35,820 nucleotides of DNA, from the NCBI GenBank assembly GCA_037431425.1, contig GCA_037431425.1_4129.3; one strand, written 5' to 3'. Shown here piece after piece: positions 16,960 through 26,907 of the stretch; positions within the stretch are counted from its first letter, which is position 1; every line of letters starts with the position of its first letter. The notes below the pieces were generated by a model that worked only from the letters and a program-made list of their open reading frames with translations, was not told where the DNA came from and ran no database searches. Made by a program: the position numbers and the translations under genes. This DNA comes from a phage.

Positions 16960-19659
16960 ATGGCAAATAAAATATATGGTGGTATTGATGTTACACACAA
17001 TGTCACAGTAAAAGGTAAGAGAAGTGCTCAGAGCATCAATGATGACGTATTTGATGAAAACGGTAATCTCACAATAGATGCATATACACAAGATGATATG
17101 TTAGAAATGGTTGGTATGTTACCAATTTCTCGTTATGGTACACAAAACTATCTACCTGCTGGTGTTAATGGTACAACAGTTGGTTCTTCAGAAAATGTGA
17201 ATTCCAGAAATACAAAATTATTTTTAGAAGATGATAACACTTTAGTAATGTTACGTCCAGGTACTAATGGTAGTACTCAAGGTGTTTATTATAGTTATAT
17301 GACCCAAGCAGTAGGTACAACAAATACAAGTCGTATGGTTAATACTACTCGTGCATATAAACCCAATTACTTTGGTGCAGCATACGCAGTTTATTTGTAC
17401 CCAAGTAGTAATGATATTACTTGCGGTTTAGTGAGAATGGAGAATACCGATGGTACATATGTTGATAAAGTTTTTGTGTCAGATAATAATGGTACATTGA
17501 ATGATGCAATGCACACTGGTATTATTCTATCAGATCATACAGCAGTACAACCTTTTGGTGCAATACAATTTGTTATTCGTGCAGAAGATGGTGCATTATA
17601 TTTTTTTAGTTTAGATACACCAAATAATACTCTTAAAATATCCGTCACTAAAGTTACTTTTAGTCCAAGTAATAACCCAGGTGGTGGTACTTATAGTATT
17701 ACTAGAATTACTGGTTGGACTACAAGAACTTTTTATAATGCAATGATAGCTGATGAGAACATTGTTCCTACGATGAAAATAAATTCAACAAATGCCAATG
17801 ATACTCCATACGTTTTAATTCCAAGCGGTATTATTGGGTTTGGTGTTTATATGACAGATCCAGATTTATATGTTGCACAGAAATCAGGTACATCTACATT
17901 CAAATTTAGATTATGTGGTGATATGTGGGTGAGTAATGGTAGATATGACATACGACCACAACATAGTTTTAGTATGACTTTTGATGTTGCAACGAAGCAA
18001 TGTGCACTCGATAATATGACAACGACTGCACCTGTTGCTGTTTATGACAATGGTTCTAGCATGAATGCAACTGGACCTTGCTTGACAACTGACCCATTTT
18101 ATCTTCATGCAGGTGCACGTAATATTTTCAGTAATTATTGCTATGTTCCATCAACAGGGGATGCGTTTTGTTCATTTTCACCAAACCTAGCAGAACCATT
18201 GAATGTATCATATGCAAAATACCCACCAAAATCTTTATTTGATTTGATGGATGTTAGAAGTGTGTCAGCAACTAATTTTATTAATGGTGTAGTATCACCA
18301 AGATTTGGTTCAGCAGTTGGTTCATACCAAGTAGGTGTAGAGTTATTACCAAATAACAGTACTAAACAATATTCAAGACGTTCTGGTGATGGTCGTTTTT
18401 TTCCATCCTATGCTGTTCATAAATCTACACCCAACTTTACATTCAAGTCGTTGAATTATGGTACAGTACCTGGTTATGAACCAACACCTGACCGAAATTT
18501 CATAACCACACCAGAATCACGCATTTTTATAAGTTCAATATCTGGTTCAAACGTCACTACTAATGGTGGTGTTTTGGTTGCTGACATTAGAACATCAACA
18601 CCAATTAGTTTTGATTATAAAGGTAATGTACTGAATAATGGTACAATCAGTATGTCTCAAGATATAATGAATGCTATTAGGAATTCAGAATTTGCTAAAG
18701 TTGCTGGTTCTTGGGATATATCCCCAGCATCAGTAAAAACATTATCAGTTTTCGTTCCACAACAAACTGATATTCCTGTTTTCGCGGTTCTTGCTGCAAC
18801 AACTAATTCCAGAGGACTATATATTCGTATGATTGAATTAGGTGTTAATACAAGAACAGGAGATATTACAACGTGGGCATTTAAACGTTTAGTACATGAA
18901 AGTGTTCAAGCTCTGGATTACAAAACTGATGCCGGATATTATCTTGATAGTGGAAGTATTGGTATTACTATATATGATGCTGGTTCTTTTTACTTCATTG
19001 GTGGTGGTATTCCAGGTTTCTTTCCTACAGTTGGTAATACAGCTTCACCTTTTTTTCGTGCTACTGTAGATAAAGCAAGTAAGCAATTTAATAATTTCCA
19101 TATAGCTGGTTATCGTCCCATCTATGCATTAGACGGTCAACCGTTCGCTTTACCTGGTATTGGATTTGGTATTCTTCAAAGTATAGATCTTCAAAACAAA
19201 ACCATTTTTAGAACATATGGTACTACATTAGAAGATTATAATGCATGGACTGATAAAGGGAATCCATTCATTTGCGTTGTTTCACAAGACGTTGCTCAAG
19301 GTTTTATTATATACTTCACCGAAGAGACACCAGTACTGATATCTGGTAAGCACTATACGTTACCAATATCAAATATTGATTTAACAAAAGTGAAAGCAAA
19401 TCCTGCGAATACTACATTTTATGTGTATATTAAATTAGTGCAGGGTATTGCAAAGTATCATATATCAACAACTGAATTAGCTGAAACTCAGTCAATATTC
19501 TGGATTGGTACAGTGAAAACTAATGATTTACAAATAACCGAAATTAATATCGTTAAACGTTCGCGTTTAGATCTGTTTGGTGCATCCTATGACGCTGCCG
19601 GAAGTTCATTCCCAGTTAGTTCTGGTTTTCCTTCAGGTTCTGGCAATGTGAATTGGTAA
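16960..19659 (+). CDS. Large late protein (899 aa), paralog A; probable virion fibre/adhesin-like protein
   Basis: Late-promoter-driven; N-terminal MLPISRYGTQNYLP and C-terminal module SQDVAQGF...SSGFPSGSGNVNW shared with the other two operon members. Confidence 0.7.
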   Translation: MANKIYGGIDVTHNVTVKGKRSAQSINDDVFDENGNLTIDAYTQDDMLEMVGMLPISRYGTQNYLPAGVNGTTVGSSENVNSRNTKLFLEDDNTLVMLRPGTNGSTQGVYYSYMTQAVGTTNTSRMVNTTRAYKPNYFGAAYAVYLYPSSNDITCGLVRMENTDGTYVDKVFVSDNNGTLNDAMHTGIILSDHTAVQPFGAIQFVIRAEDGALYFFSLDTPNNTLKISVTKVTFSPSNNPGGGTYSITRITGWTTRTFYNAMIADENIVPTMKINSTNANDTPYVLIPSGIIGFGVYMTDPDLYVAQKSGTSTFKFRLCGDMWVSNGRYDIRPQHSFSMTFDVATKQCALDNMTTTAPVAVYDNGSSMNATGPCLTTDPFYLHAGARNIFSNYCYVPSTGDAFCSFSPNLAEPLNVSYAKYPPKSLFDLMDVRSVSATNFINGVVSPRFGSAVGSYQVGVELLPNNSTKQYSRRSGDGRFFPSYAVHKSTPNFTFKSLNYGTVPGYEPTPDRNFITTPESRIFISSISGSNVTTNGGVLVADIRTSTPISFDYKGNVLNNGTISMSQDIMNAIRNSEFAKVAGSWDISPASVKTLSVFVPQQTDIPVFAVLAATTNSRGLYIRMIELGVNTRTGDITTWAFKRLVHESVQALDYKTDAGYYLDSGSIGITIYDAGSFYFIGGGIPGFFPTVGNTASPFFRATVDKASKQFNNFHIAGYRPIYALDGQPFALPGIGFGILQSIDLQNKTIFRTYGTTLEDYNAWTDKGNPFICVVSQDVAQGFIIYFTEETPVLISGKHYTLPISNIDLTKVKANPANTTFYVYIKLVQGIAKYHISTTELAETQSIFWIGTVKTNDLQITEINIVKRSRLDLFGASYDAAGSSFPVSSGFPSGSGNVNW

Positions 19660-19669
19660 TGGAGAGAAT

Positions 19670-20260
19670 ATGTCTTATAAATTTAGAGCAGATGTGGAAG
19701 CTTATGCTTCCGTTAAATCACAAGGAAAAAATACTGGGACCACGATAACTGTTCGTTCTGGTAATGTGTATCAAGCTGATGCAAATGGGAATATTGATAT
19801 ACCAGTCATGAGTACAGATGATGTGAATTACATTACCAGTTCGTTTCCGTTATCACAATTTGGACCACTTTACAGTGATGAACCATTAGGTATTACTTCT
19901 GCGGGTTTCAATTTAACTTTCAGCAAAGAATTACCGTTATTCATGGCGGGAGCGGCGTATACCCTCCCAGCAAAAACAATAACAGATCCTGGTGTTTCTG
20001 GTACTAATATTGAAACACATTATGTATATGTTATATTAGATGTTGGGGTAGCTGACTACCTCATTTCTAAAACTCAACGACCTGAAAGTAGTGTTAATAT
20101 GTACATCGGAAAACTAACAGTTTTCCCAGATGGCATTACAGGGGTCAGTATAAATAAAGTGTCAAGATTTGACAACTTCAGAGTAAGTTCTACAAAAATT
20201 GGTTCAGCTATCCCTATCAGTTCTGGTTCACCAGATGTGAATGGTATGATAGAATGGTAA
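19670..20260 (+). CDS. Late protein (196 aa), paralog B; corresponds to the shared C-terminal module
   Basis: C-terminal ...HYVYVILDVG...YIGKLTV...NKVSRF...ISSGSPDVNGMIEW aligns with the C-termini of paralogs A and C; SD GGAGAG. Confidence 0.65.
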   Translation: MSYKFRADVEAYASVKSQGKNTGTTITVRSGNVYQADANGNIDIPVMSTDDVNYITSSFPLSQFGPLYSDEPLGITSAGFNLTFSKELPLFMAGAAYTLPAKTITDPGVSGTNIETHYVYVILDVGVADYLISKTQRPESSVNMYIGKLTVFPDGITGVSINKVSRFDNFRVSSTKIGSAIPISSGSPDVNGMIEW

Positions 20261-20270
20261 AGGAATATAT

Positions 20271-23012
20271 ATGGCTTCTAGACGAATTATAGGAAACGCA
20301 GATATACTAGGGAATTTAAAAATTAATGGAAAGTATGCATTACGTTCCCTTAATGGTGTTCCTGCTGACTCTGCTGGTAAAATCACTTATCAATATTATG
20401 ACAAAGCGGAAGTAAATCAGATGTTTGATATGCTTCCAGTTTCAAGGGTAGGTGATCAAGATTACCTACCAATGAGTATTAACGGAACTTTTGAAGGTGC
20501 TTCTTCCTTTTCATTTGCAAAAATAATGCAACCTTGTATCATTGAAAATGATGGTACTGGTGTAATTTTACGTGCAGGTACAAATGGAAGTTCTTATGGT
20601 TACTATTATACTTATATTAAAAATATAAGAGATATAGAAACACTAACTCAAGATAATATAATTACAACCAATACGATGTATAGACCGTCTGTGCTACCAA
20701 GTACTGATTACATTTATGAATTTTATGGGTCAAATGCATATGAATTACTATTTTGGGAATCAACTGATAGAACATCATATTACCTTACATTAACAAATGA
20801 AACATTGAATGAATCAGCACACAAGCATTGCAGAATTCCAAAAACAGCAATAACAAATAAACCAATATATGCACACATCGTAAATGATTCAGTTTATATA
20901 TGGTGTATGGATTCAAGTGTATTTAGTAGTGTTCGCGGGTGTGCATTTATTATATACACAGTACCTTTAACTGCATTTAATACTGGTTCAGTTTCTACCG
21001 TAACACAGATTGGTGGTTATTCAGGAAGAACTATAAGAGATGCAACATATACTGCATCTAATAATATTCGCGTTTATGATAGCTATTCTATTTTAGGTTC
21101 AGGTGGTGATGCACTAATAGTATATGATAATGGTGTTTCCAGAATAGATTATTGGGAAAATAACGTATTTAATACCCAAGCAGTTCTTAGCCCAGATGGT
21201 ACAAAAATAAGAGTTGCGATCTATCCAGGATTCCGTGTTTTCACTGAAACAAAAACATCTAGTGTATATGCACTTGGTATTAGCTTTACATATGATATCA
21301 GTACTAAAACAATGACACTTGATGGTTCTGAACGTGGTCCAATCAGAGTATCAGCTAATACATCAACTGGTAGTATAACAGTAAGAAACCCGTTTTCAAT
21401 CAATATGGAAAACTTTACAGGGTTTTATGACGGTGCACTTGGCAACTATGGTTCAATCTGTCAAACTTCTGATGGTTTTGTTTTCACTACCAAAGCAAGA
21501 TGGACATCCACACCAACATATGCAGTACAAACATACAAAGTTTCTGGTACACCTTATGATAGTTGGGTCGCTAAAACACGTACTGCTAGTAATTTAAAAC
21601 GTGTCGAAGTAATGCCAGTTTATGGCTCCCCTGTCGGTGAAAACTTAATAGGTGTTCGTTTCGTAGATAAACGTAAGATACTTGTTGCATGTTCTGGCAC
21701 TGCTGATGGAATTTCTTATGGTTATGATAGTACAGTTTTTACTGAAATAGGTGAGAATCCGACTTATGTTTATAAAAACTTGGAACAAAATACCACAATG
21801 AATGGTTTTGCACCATCAAGTAATAGACACTATTTAAGTACTGATTACAAATATGCAGGTATGATAACATTGGTTGATGCAAATGGAAATGTCAGCACTT
21901 ATGGTTCTTCGTTAATAGAAGACATCGATAAACCAGCGTATGGAAAATTCGACCCAGTTACAATGGACTTCGACAGTAATAGATATGAAATTTCAGGAAC
22001 AACATTATCAAGTATAGGTGATAATGCAATTGCTAAAGCTGGATTGTCTGGAATAACTGATCATAAAACTGTTTTTTATTATGTACCTGATACTACATAT
22101 TCTAAATCGATTGCAGTCACTTCTGCATTAAACGGTACTACCAATGTGTGTTATATTATTTTTTCCGAAATATCATGTAGTGCAGTTGGTACAAGTGGTA
22201 CTATAATTTTACGTGGTATTAATGTTGATACAGCAAGATATACATCAATGACGAATACATACCAAATTTCACCAAATGAAATGGTCAAACGTTGGGCTGG
22301 TATGACGGTTTCTAAGTTTAATGGTTTTAACTACTTAGGCGTGAACATTTTATATGGCATTGATACCCCAGGTTGGACTCGTTATCCTAACATGATTGCT
22401 AAAGTGAAAAATGGTATTATTTCAAGTCAACGATATATGGAAACAACTTATATTTCAAACGCACAATTTGATATAGGTACAATTCCAGGGATTGGGTTTG
22501 GATATTACCAAATGAACAAAAACGATTATCAAACTAAATCAGTTTTTGCTGTATGTGGTACTACTGAAGCAGATATGGATAAACTAATATCTGGTAATGA
22601 AACGATATCACAGTACTTAGTTGTTGCTTCTCAGGACGTGGCACAAGGGTTTCATGTATACTTTTCACAAGAAGTACCAGTTTTCTTGGGTGGAAAGTTT
22701 GCAAAGATACCACCGACTATGATAGACTTATCTACTATAAGTACTACACCAGAGAATTCAACATTCTACATATATGCGGTGATGGATAGAGATACATCCA
22801 CAGCATCGTATCAGATATCACTACATCAATTATCAGAAACTATGACATCAACATACATTGGTAAGATAGTAACTAATAATAATGGTATTGCATCAATCGA
22901 GTCTGAAAAAGTTTCCAGATTCTTGCTATACCGTCCAAGTACCTACAATCGTGGTTCTGCGATCCCAGCAAGTTCTGGTGTTCCGTCAGGAACAGGTACA
23001 CGTTGGAATTAA
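20271..23012 (+). CDS. Large late protein (913 aa), paralog C; probable virion fibre/adhesin-like protein
   Basis: N-terminal MLPVSRVGDQDYLP and C-terminal SQDVAQGFHVYF...SSGVPSGTGTRWN collinear with paralog A. Confidence 0.7.
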   Translation: MASRRIIGNADILGNLKINGKYALRSLNGVPADSAGKITYQYYDKAEVNQMFDMLPVSRVGDQDYLPMSINGTFEGASSFSFAKIMQPCIIENDGTGVILRAGTNGSSYGYYYTYIKNIRDIETLTQDNIITTNTMYRPSVLPSTDYIYEFYGSNAYELLFWESTDRTSYYLTLTNETLNESAHKHCRIPKTAITNKPIYAHIVNDSVYIWCMDSSVFSSVRGCAFIIYTVPLTAFNTGSVSTVTQIGGYSGRTIRDATYTASNNIRVYDSYSILGSGGDALIVYDNGVSRIDYWENNVFNTQAVLSPDGTKIRVAIYPGFRVFTETKTSSVYALGISFTYDISTKTMTLDGSERGPIRVSANTSTGSITVRNPFSINMENFTGFYDGALGNYGSICQTSDGFVFTTKARWTSTPTYAVQTYKVSGTPYDSWVAKTRTASNLKRVEVMPVYGSPVGENLIGVRFVDKRKILVACSGTADGISYGYDSTVFTEIGENPTYVYKNLEQNTTMNGFAPSSNRHYLSTDYKYAGMITLVDANGNVSTYGSSLIEDIDKPAYGKFDPVTMDFDSNRYEISGTTLSSIGDNAIAKAGLSGITDHKTVFYYVPDTTYSKSIAVTSALNGTTNVCYIIFSEISCSAVGTSGTIILRGINVDTARYTSMTNTYQISPNEMVKRWAGMTVSKFNGFNYLGVNILYGIDTPGWTRYPNMIAKVKNGIISSQRYMETTYISNAQFDIGTIPGIGFGYYQMNKNDYQTKSVFAVCGTTEADMDKLISGNETISQYLVVASQDVAQGFHVYFSQEVPVFLGGKFAKIPPTMIDLSTISTTPENSTFYIYAVMDRDTSTASYQISLHQLSETMTSTYIGKIVTNNNGIASIESEKVSRFLLYRPSTYNRGSAIPASSGVPSGTGTRWN

Positions 23013-23019
23013 TTTTAAA

Positions 23020-23046
23020 GCTCGTCTATTGACGGGCTTTTCTTTT
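23020..23046 (+). terminator. Rho-independent terminator ending the late operon
   Basis: GCTCGTC-tatt-GACGGGC (one G-U pair) followed by TTTTCTTTT. Confidence 0.6.
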
Positions 23047-23057
23047 GTGTGTATAAT
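23029..23057 (+). promoter_or_regulatory. sigma70-like promoter (-35 TTGACG, 17-bp spacer, -10 TATAAT) overlapping the terminator
   Basis: TTGACG 23029-23034, TATAAT 23052-23057; strong SD AGGAGG follows. Confidence 0.55.
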
Positions 23058-23080
23058 ACAAAGAAATATAGGAGGAAATT

Positions 23081-23647
23081 ATGGTCAAATCATTACTACC
23101 ACCACCAAAACGACATAAAATTAAAGAAATGAAAGAACAACGTACATTAAAGATGTACAACAATTTAGTTAATTTACTTTGCAAAAGTCCATCACTCAAA
23201 GAAATATTCACCACAGATGATGATCGTAATGCACTTATTGAGATGAAGTATATGCTCAGTAAAATGTCCTTTTACAAATTTGTCAAAGAATACTCAACTG
23301 AACCATTCAGTCCTCGTTGGCGAGTCAAACCAAGAGAGTATTTTTTCGGTGGTTCATATACTGATATCATTCAAGATACGGTGATAGGCGTAGAGTTCGA
23401 GATTGATTATGAGCCTAATGGTGTGGAAAACTGGCAGATTGACAAGCATTTACCAAGTGAAGATGAAATTTATGTTTATGCAAGAAAACAGTCAACTTTC
23501 AGTTCAAAAATTGCTCTTAATAATTTAGATTCATTTATTATTTTCTATACATTTGTCGGTGTAGATAAAATGGCAACTAAACTCAATGAATTATCATTGC
23601 AACAAAAACAGATTAATGCATACAAAGACATTACAGATTTATACTAA
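23081..23647 (+). CDS. Hypothetical protein, small-paralog family member 1
   Basis: 188 aa; shares SLKEI..TDDDR..L...KY.LSK and a downstream Trp motif with the next two ORFs. Confidence 0.6.
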   Translation: MVKSLLPPPKRHKIKEMKEQRTLKMYNNLVNLLCKSPSLKEIFTTDDDRNALIEMKYMLSKMSFYKFVKEYSTEPFSPRWRVKPREYFFGGSYTDIIQDTVIGVEFEIDYEPNGVENWQIDKHLPSEDEIYVYARKQSTFSSKIALNNLDSFIIFYTFVGVDKMATKLNELSLQQKQINAYKDITDLY

Positions 23648-23659
23648 TGAGGATTGGAT

Positions 23660-24175
23660 ATGTTTTTTGGACCAATTAGAAAACAAAACAGTACTTTAAT
23701 TTGGCATGAAATCATCTTTAAAATTATATCTAAAAGCTACTCACTGAAGGATATTATCAACACAGATCAAGATAGACGTATCCTTTTAGATGCAAAATAT
23801 AAATTGAGCAAACACCCGTTACTTTCTTTAATCATTGATTACGTTAATGATTATGAATCCAGTCGTTGGAAGTGGGAAGACGGAGGTTTATTTCGTGGAA
23901 AAACATTCTACGGTGCAGAACGATATGTATTCAGTGATACAACAAATGGTGTTAAGTTTGCTATTAGAAACTTTAACTCAAAAGAAAATGATTATCTTGA
24001 AAGTGGAGTTAAGGTGTATATAGATAATAATAGCAATGTGCTTACATATGACGAATCACTAATTATGTTACAAATAATGCGTGGAGTTGAAGGTGTAAGA
24101 CGCAATCTTACTAAGTTGAAAATTCAGCAAAATGATATGCATAATAGACAGAAAATTAAGGGTTTATATAAATGA
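23660..24175 (+). CDS. Hypothetical protein, small-paralog family member 2
   Basis: Track starts at TTG 23654; first ATG is 23660 with GAGG 7 nt upstream; family motif SLKDI..TDQDR..LLDAKYKLSK. Confidence 0.55.
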   Translation: MFFGPIRKQNSTLIWHEIIFKIISKSYSLKDIINTDQDRRILLDAKYKLSKHPLLSLIIDYVNDYESSRWKWEDGGLFRGKTFYGAERYVFSDTTNGVKFAIRNFNSKENDYLESGVKVYIDNNSNVLTYDESLIMLQIMRGVEGVRRNLTKLKIQQNDMHNRQKIKGLYK

Positions 24176-24681
24176 TTTCATTTTTCAAAAAGAAAAAAAA
24201 AGTTGATGAAACAGGATTAGAATCGTTTCTATGGACTCTTATCATCAAAAAAAGTCCATTGATGAAAGAATATGCTATCAATGATGCTAATAGAAAAACT
24301 ATCATTGAATACAAATACGAATTATCAAAATGTGATCCAATCGTTTATCACTTTGCGAAGTACTGTTCTAAAAATTTATCGGATATCACGATTGAACACG
24401 AGTCAGTACCAATGAGTTTTCCTTATGGTAATTGGGTAGATACTTTTGATATTTTTGATGGTTCAAATGGTTTCAGATTCTTTTACTCGTCAAATAAAGC
24501 AAATGTTCGTATTAAAACAGAGATAGGTTGGACACAGCATAGCTCAAATAAAGAAGATTATAATTTACTAGCTGACGTATACCGAAGTGTGAAAAATTCA
24601 AAGGATATTGATGAAAGAATTAAAAAGCAAAATAGTATTACTTTATCACTTGAAACATATAAGTCAAAGTATGGTGGTTAA
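24172..24681 (+). CDS. Hypothetical protein, small-paralog family member 3
   Basis: ATGA coupling; family motif LMKEYAINDANR..IIEYKYELSK. Confidence 0.55.
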   Translation: MISFFKKKKKVDETGLESFLWTLIIKKSPLMKEYAINDANRKTIIEYKYELSKCDPIVYHFAKYCSKNLSDITIEHESVPMSFPYGNWVDTFDIFDGSNGFRFFYSSNKANVRIKTEIGWTQHSSNKEDYNLLADVYRSVKNSKDIDERIKKQNSITLSLETYKSKYGG

Positions 24682-24683
24682 CT

Positions 24684-25085
24684 ATGACTACAGTTGATGA
24701 TATTTACAGCACTATACGCAATATGAGCACAGATAGAAAAGTATTTGGTGATAAAGAAAAATCTAAGTGTTATGGTATTGATTCTTTTGATATAATTTCG
24801 TATGAGTACAACACGAATGGAAATAGTTCACTGAATATTGTCTGCCCTCGTGACCCAGAAAATAATTTTATGTATGTTGAAATTAATAATGATGGAATGT
24901 TTTTTACAAAAGTTTTTAAAGGTGGAATTAATTACGAAACGATTGAATGTATGAATGAAGAAACTTTCTTTCAAGAAGATACAATTATCAATTTAGGTTT
25001 TAGTTTTGATGATTATAAAACATTAGAACATGACTTTAATCGTTATTATAACGGTTTCTTAAAGGAGTTAACAATTTATCTATGA
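24684..25085 (+). CDS. Hypothetical protein
   Basis: ORF in the operon; ATGA coupling with the next gene. Confidence 0.5.
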   Translation: MTTVDDIYSTIRNMSTDRKVFGDKEKSKCYGIDSFDIISYEYNTNGNSSLNIVCPRDPENNFMYVEINNDGMFFTKVFKGGINYETIECMNEETFFQEDTIINLGFSFDDYKTLEHDFNRYYNGFLKELTIYL

Positions 25086-26314
25086 ATAACCAATATGTCG
25101 AACAAACAATAGTGAAACACTTGGCTGGGTCACAAGCCTACGGAACCAGTACACCTGAAAGTGATACTGATTATCGTGGTATTTTTCTTGCTAATAAAGA
25201 ATTTATTCTTACGCCATTCTATAAGGTTAAAGAAGTAGCTGATAAAAATGAAGAAGATACCAAATTCTATGAGTTAAATCAGTATTTAAAATTATACACT
25301 GATGCTAACCCTAATATTCTGGAATCACTATGGGTTGAACCAGAACACATTGTAGAAAGTACTGAGATTTATGACTATCTTCGTTCATTTAACCAAAAAC
25401 TTCTTAGTTCCAAGATTGCATTTTCATACACTGGATATGCATATAATCAAATTAAACGTATGACAAATCACCACGGTTGGATGGATAAAGAGCGTATTGC
25501 TGAAAAACGTTTAAATGAGATTTTAGAAGAACACCCAGTCGATGAGGTTCTTGTGTGGATGTATGATTCATTCCCACAATATCTTGTTGACCGTTTAGAT
25601 ACATCCAAATTACATCCATTTAATGCTAAAAAGATTGATTTTGAAAAATACATGCGTGATACGTCATTGCAGTTAGTTTCGAAAAATCCATTAAAGCAAT
25701 ATCATTTTGTAAGATTAGTGCATAACTACACTACTGATAAAATTCTAGATCGTGATTTCAATTTATTGAATTTTAACAATGGGTATGAACTAATTCATTA
25801 CGGAGAAAACATTTTTGCGATTATTAAAAATCCAAATGAAAGTACAATCAACGGTGATGGTTCATTGCGACATTTTTCAAAAGAGCGTAGTACTGAAGAG
25901 TTGAAAACCAAACCAGAACTAATTGTCAAATTTAACGAAAAAGAATATCAGGAAAATAGTGAGAATAGAAAAAGTTATCATAAATGGAAAGAAAATCGTA
26001 ATGCCAAACGTGCTATTTTAGAATCACTACACGGCTATGATTGCAAAAGTGCAATGCATACCATTAGACTATTGAATAGTGCAGAAGATGCATTACAAAG
26101 TGGGATTATTCAAGTTAAACGCCCAGATGCACAGATGTTGATGAATATTCGTAATGGTAAATGGAAGTATGAAGAAGTTTTAGAATATTTCGATGATAAA
26201 GTAAAATATATCCGTGATGTTCTATATAAGAAATCAGAACTTCCAAAAAAACCAGATATTAAATTAGCATCGAAAATTATCATTGATATCCGAGAGATGC
26301 AATGGTATAAGTAA
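25082..26314 (+). CDS. Pol-beta-superfamily nucleotidyltransferase (RlaP-like)
   Basis: N-terminal GSQAYGTSTPESDTDYRGIF fits the G[GS]-x(9-13)-DxD NTase signature; 410 aa. Confidence 0.6.
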   Translation: MNNQYVEQTIVKHLAGSQAYGTSTPESDTDYRGIFLANKEFILTPFYKVKEVADKNEEDTKFYELNQYLKLYTDANPNILESLWVEPEHIVESTEIYDYLRSFNQKLLSSKIAFSYTGYAYNQIKRMTNHHGWMDKERIAEKRLNEILEEHPVDEVLVWMYDSFPQYLVDRLDTSKLHPFNAKKIDFEKYMRDTSLQLVSKNPLKQYHFVRLVHNYTTDKILDRDFNLLNFNNGYELIHYGENIFAIIKNPNESTINGDGSLRHFSKERSTEELKTKPELIVKFNEKEYQENSENRKSYHKWKENRNAKRAILESLHGYDCKSAMHTIRLLNSAEDALQSGIIQVKRPDAQMLMNIRNGKWKYEEVLEYFDDKVKYIRDVLYKKSELPKKPDIKLASKIIIDIREMQWYK

Positions 26315-26377
26315 TATATGGGTGTAATAGTTATAAAAAATTCCATTACACACCAAATCACTTCAGTGATTTATATC

Positions 26378-26407
26378 TTGACATTGAAAAAAATAATTAT
26401 GTATAGT
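26378..26407 (+). promoter_or_regulatory. sigma70-like promoter (-35 TTGACA, 18-bp spacer, -10 TATAGT)
   Basis: TTGACA 26378-26383, TATAGT 26402-26407. Confidence 0.4.
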
Positions 26408-26408
26408 T

Positions 26409-26438
26409 AGAGAACTTCATATGGAGTTCTCTTTTTTT
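26409..26438 (+). terminator. Rho-independent terminator overlapping the promoter
   Basis: AGAGAACT-tcatatgg-AGTTCTCT followed by TTTTTTT. Confidence 0.65.
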
Positions 26439-26452
26439 ATAAGGGTGATTAA

Positions 26453-26854
26453 ATGTTAAATGAACGTATTAAAAATGCACTATATGTATTGAACCAAGAA
26501 GTTAATTCTATTAATAAAAGTACTGAGCGATATAAAGTATTACATGAAATTAGACAAGAATTGGAATCTATTAATAAGGGAAAATGGGTTCTTGAACGCG
26601 AACGAACTATTGTTGAAAAAGCAATTGCAAAATTCATCTCTGAACGTTATGGTAAAATTTCAGAGGAAGATGTACTAATGAACTTACATCTTTCACAAAC
26701 GGAAGTGATGGAGAAATTTCATTTTGATTCATTAGACTGGTTGGAAATGATCATGGAATTGGAAGAAGAATTCAATGTAGAAGTAGATTTATATTATGAA
26801 AAACAAGAAACCAAACTATATGAACTAGCAGAACATATTAAACTAATGATGTAA
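26453..26854 (+). CDS. Acyl-carrier-protein-like protein with ~60-aa N-terminal extension
   Basis: C-terminal FDSLDWLEMIMELEEEFNVEV matches the ACP phosphopantetheine-attachment region (E. coli ACP [22 protein letters not shown]). Confidence 0.65.
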   Translation: MLNERIKNALYVLNQEVNSINKSTERYKVLHEIRQELESINKGKWVLERERTIVEKAIAKFISERYGKISEEDVLMNLHLSQTEVMEKFHFDSLDWLEMIMELEEEFNVEVDLYYEKQETKLYELAEHIKLMM

Positions 26855-26907
26855 ACATATACCATTATATACTCTAAATAATATCATCAACTACAGGAGA
26901 TGATATT

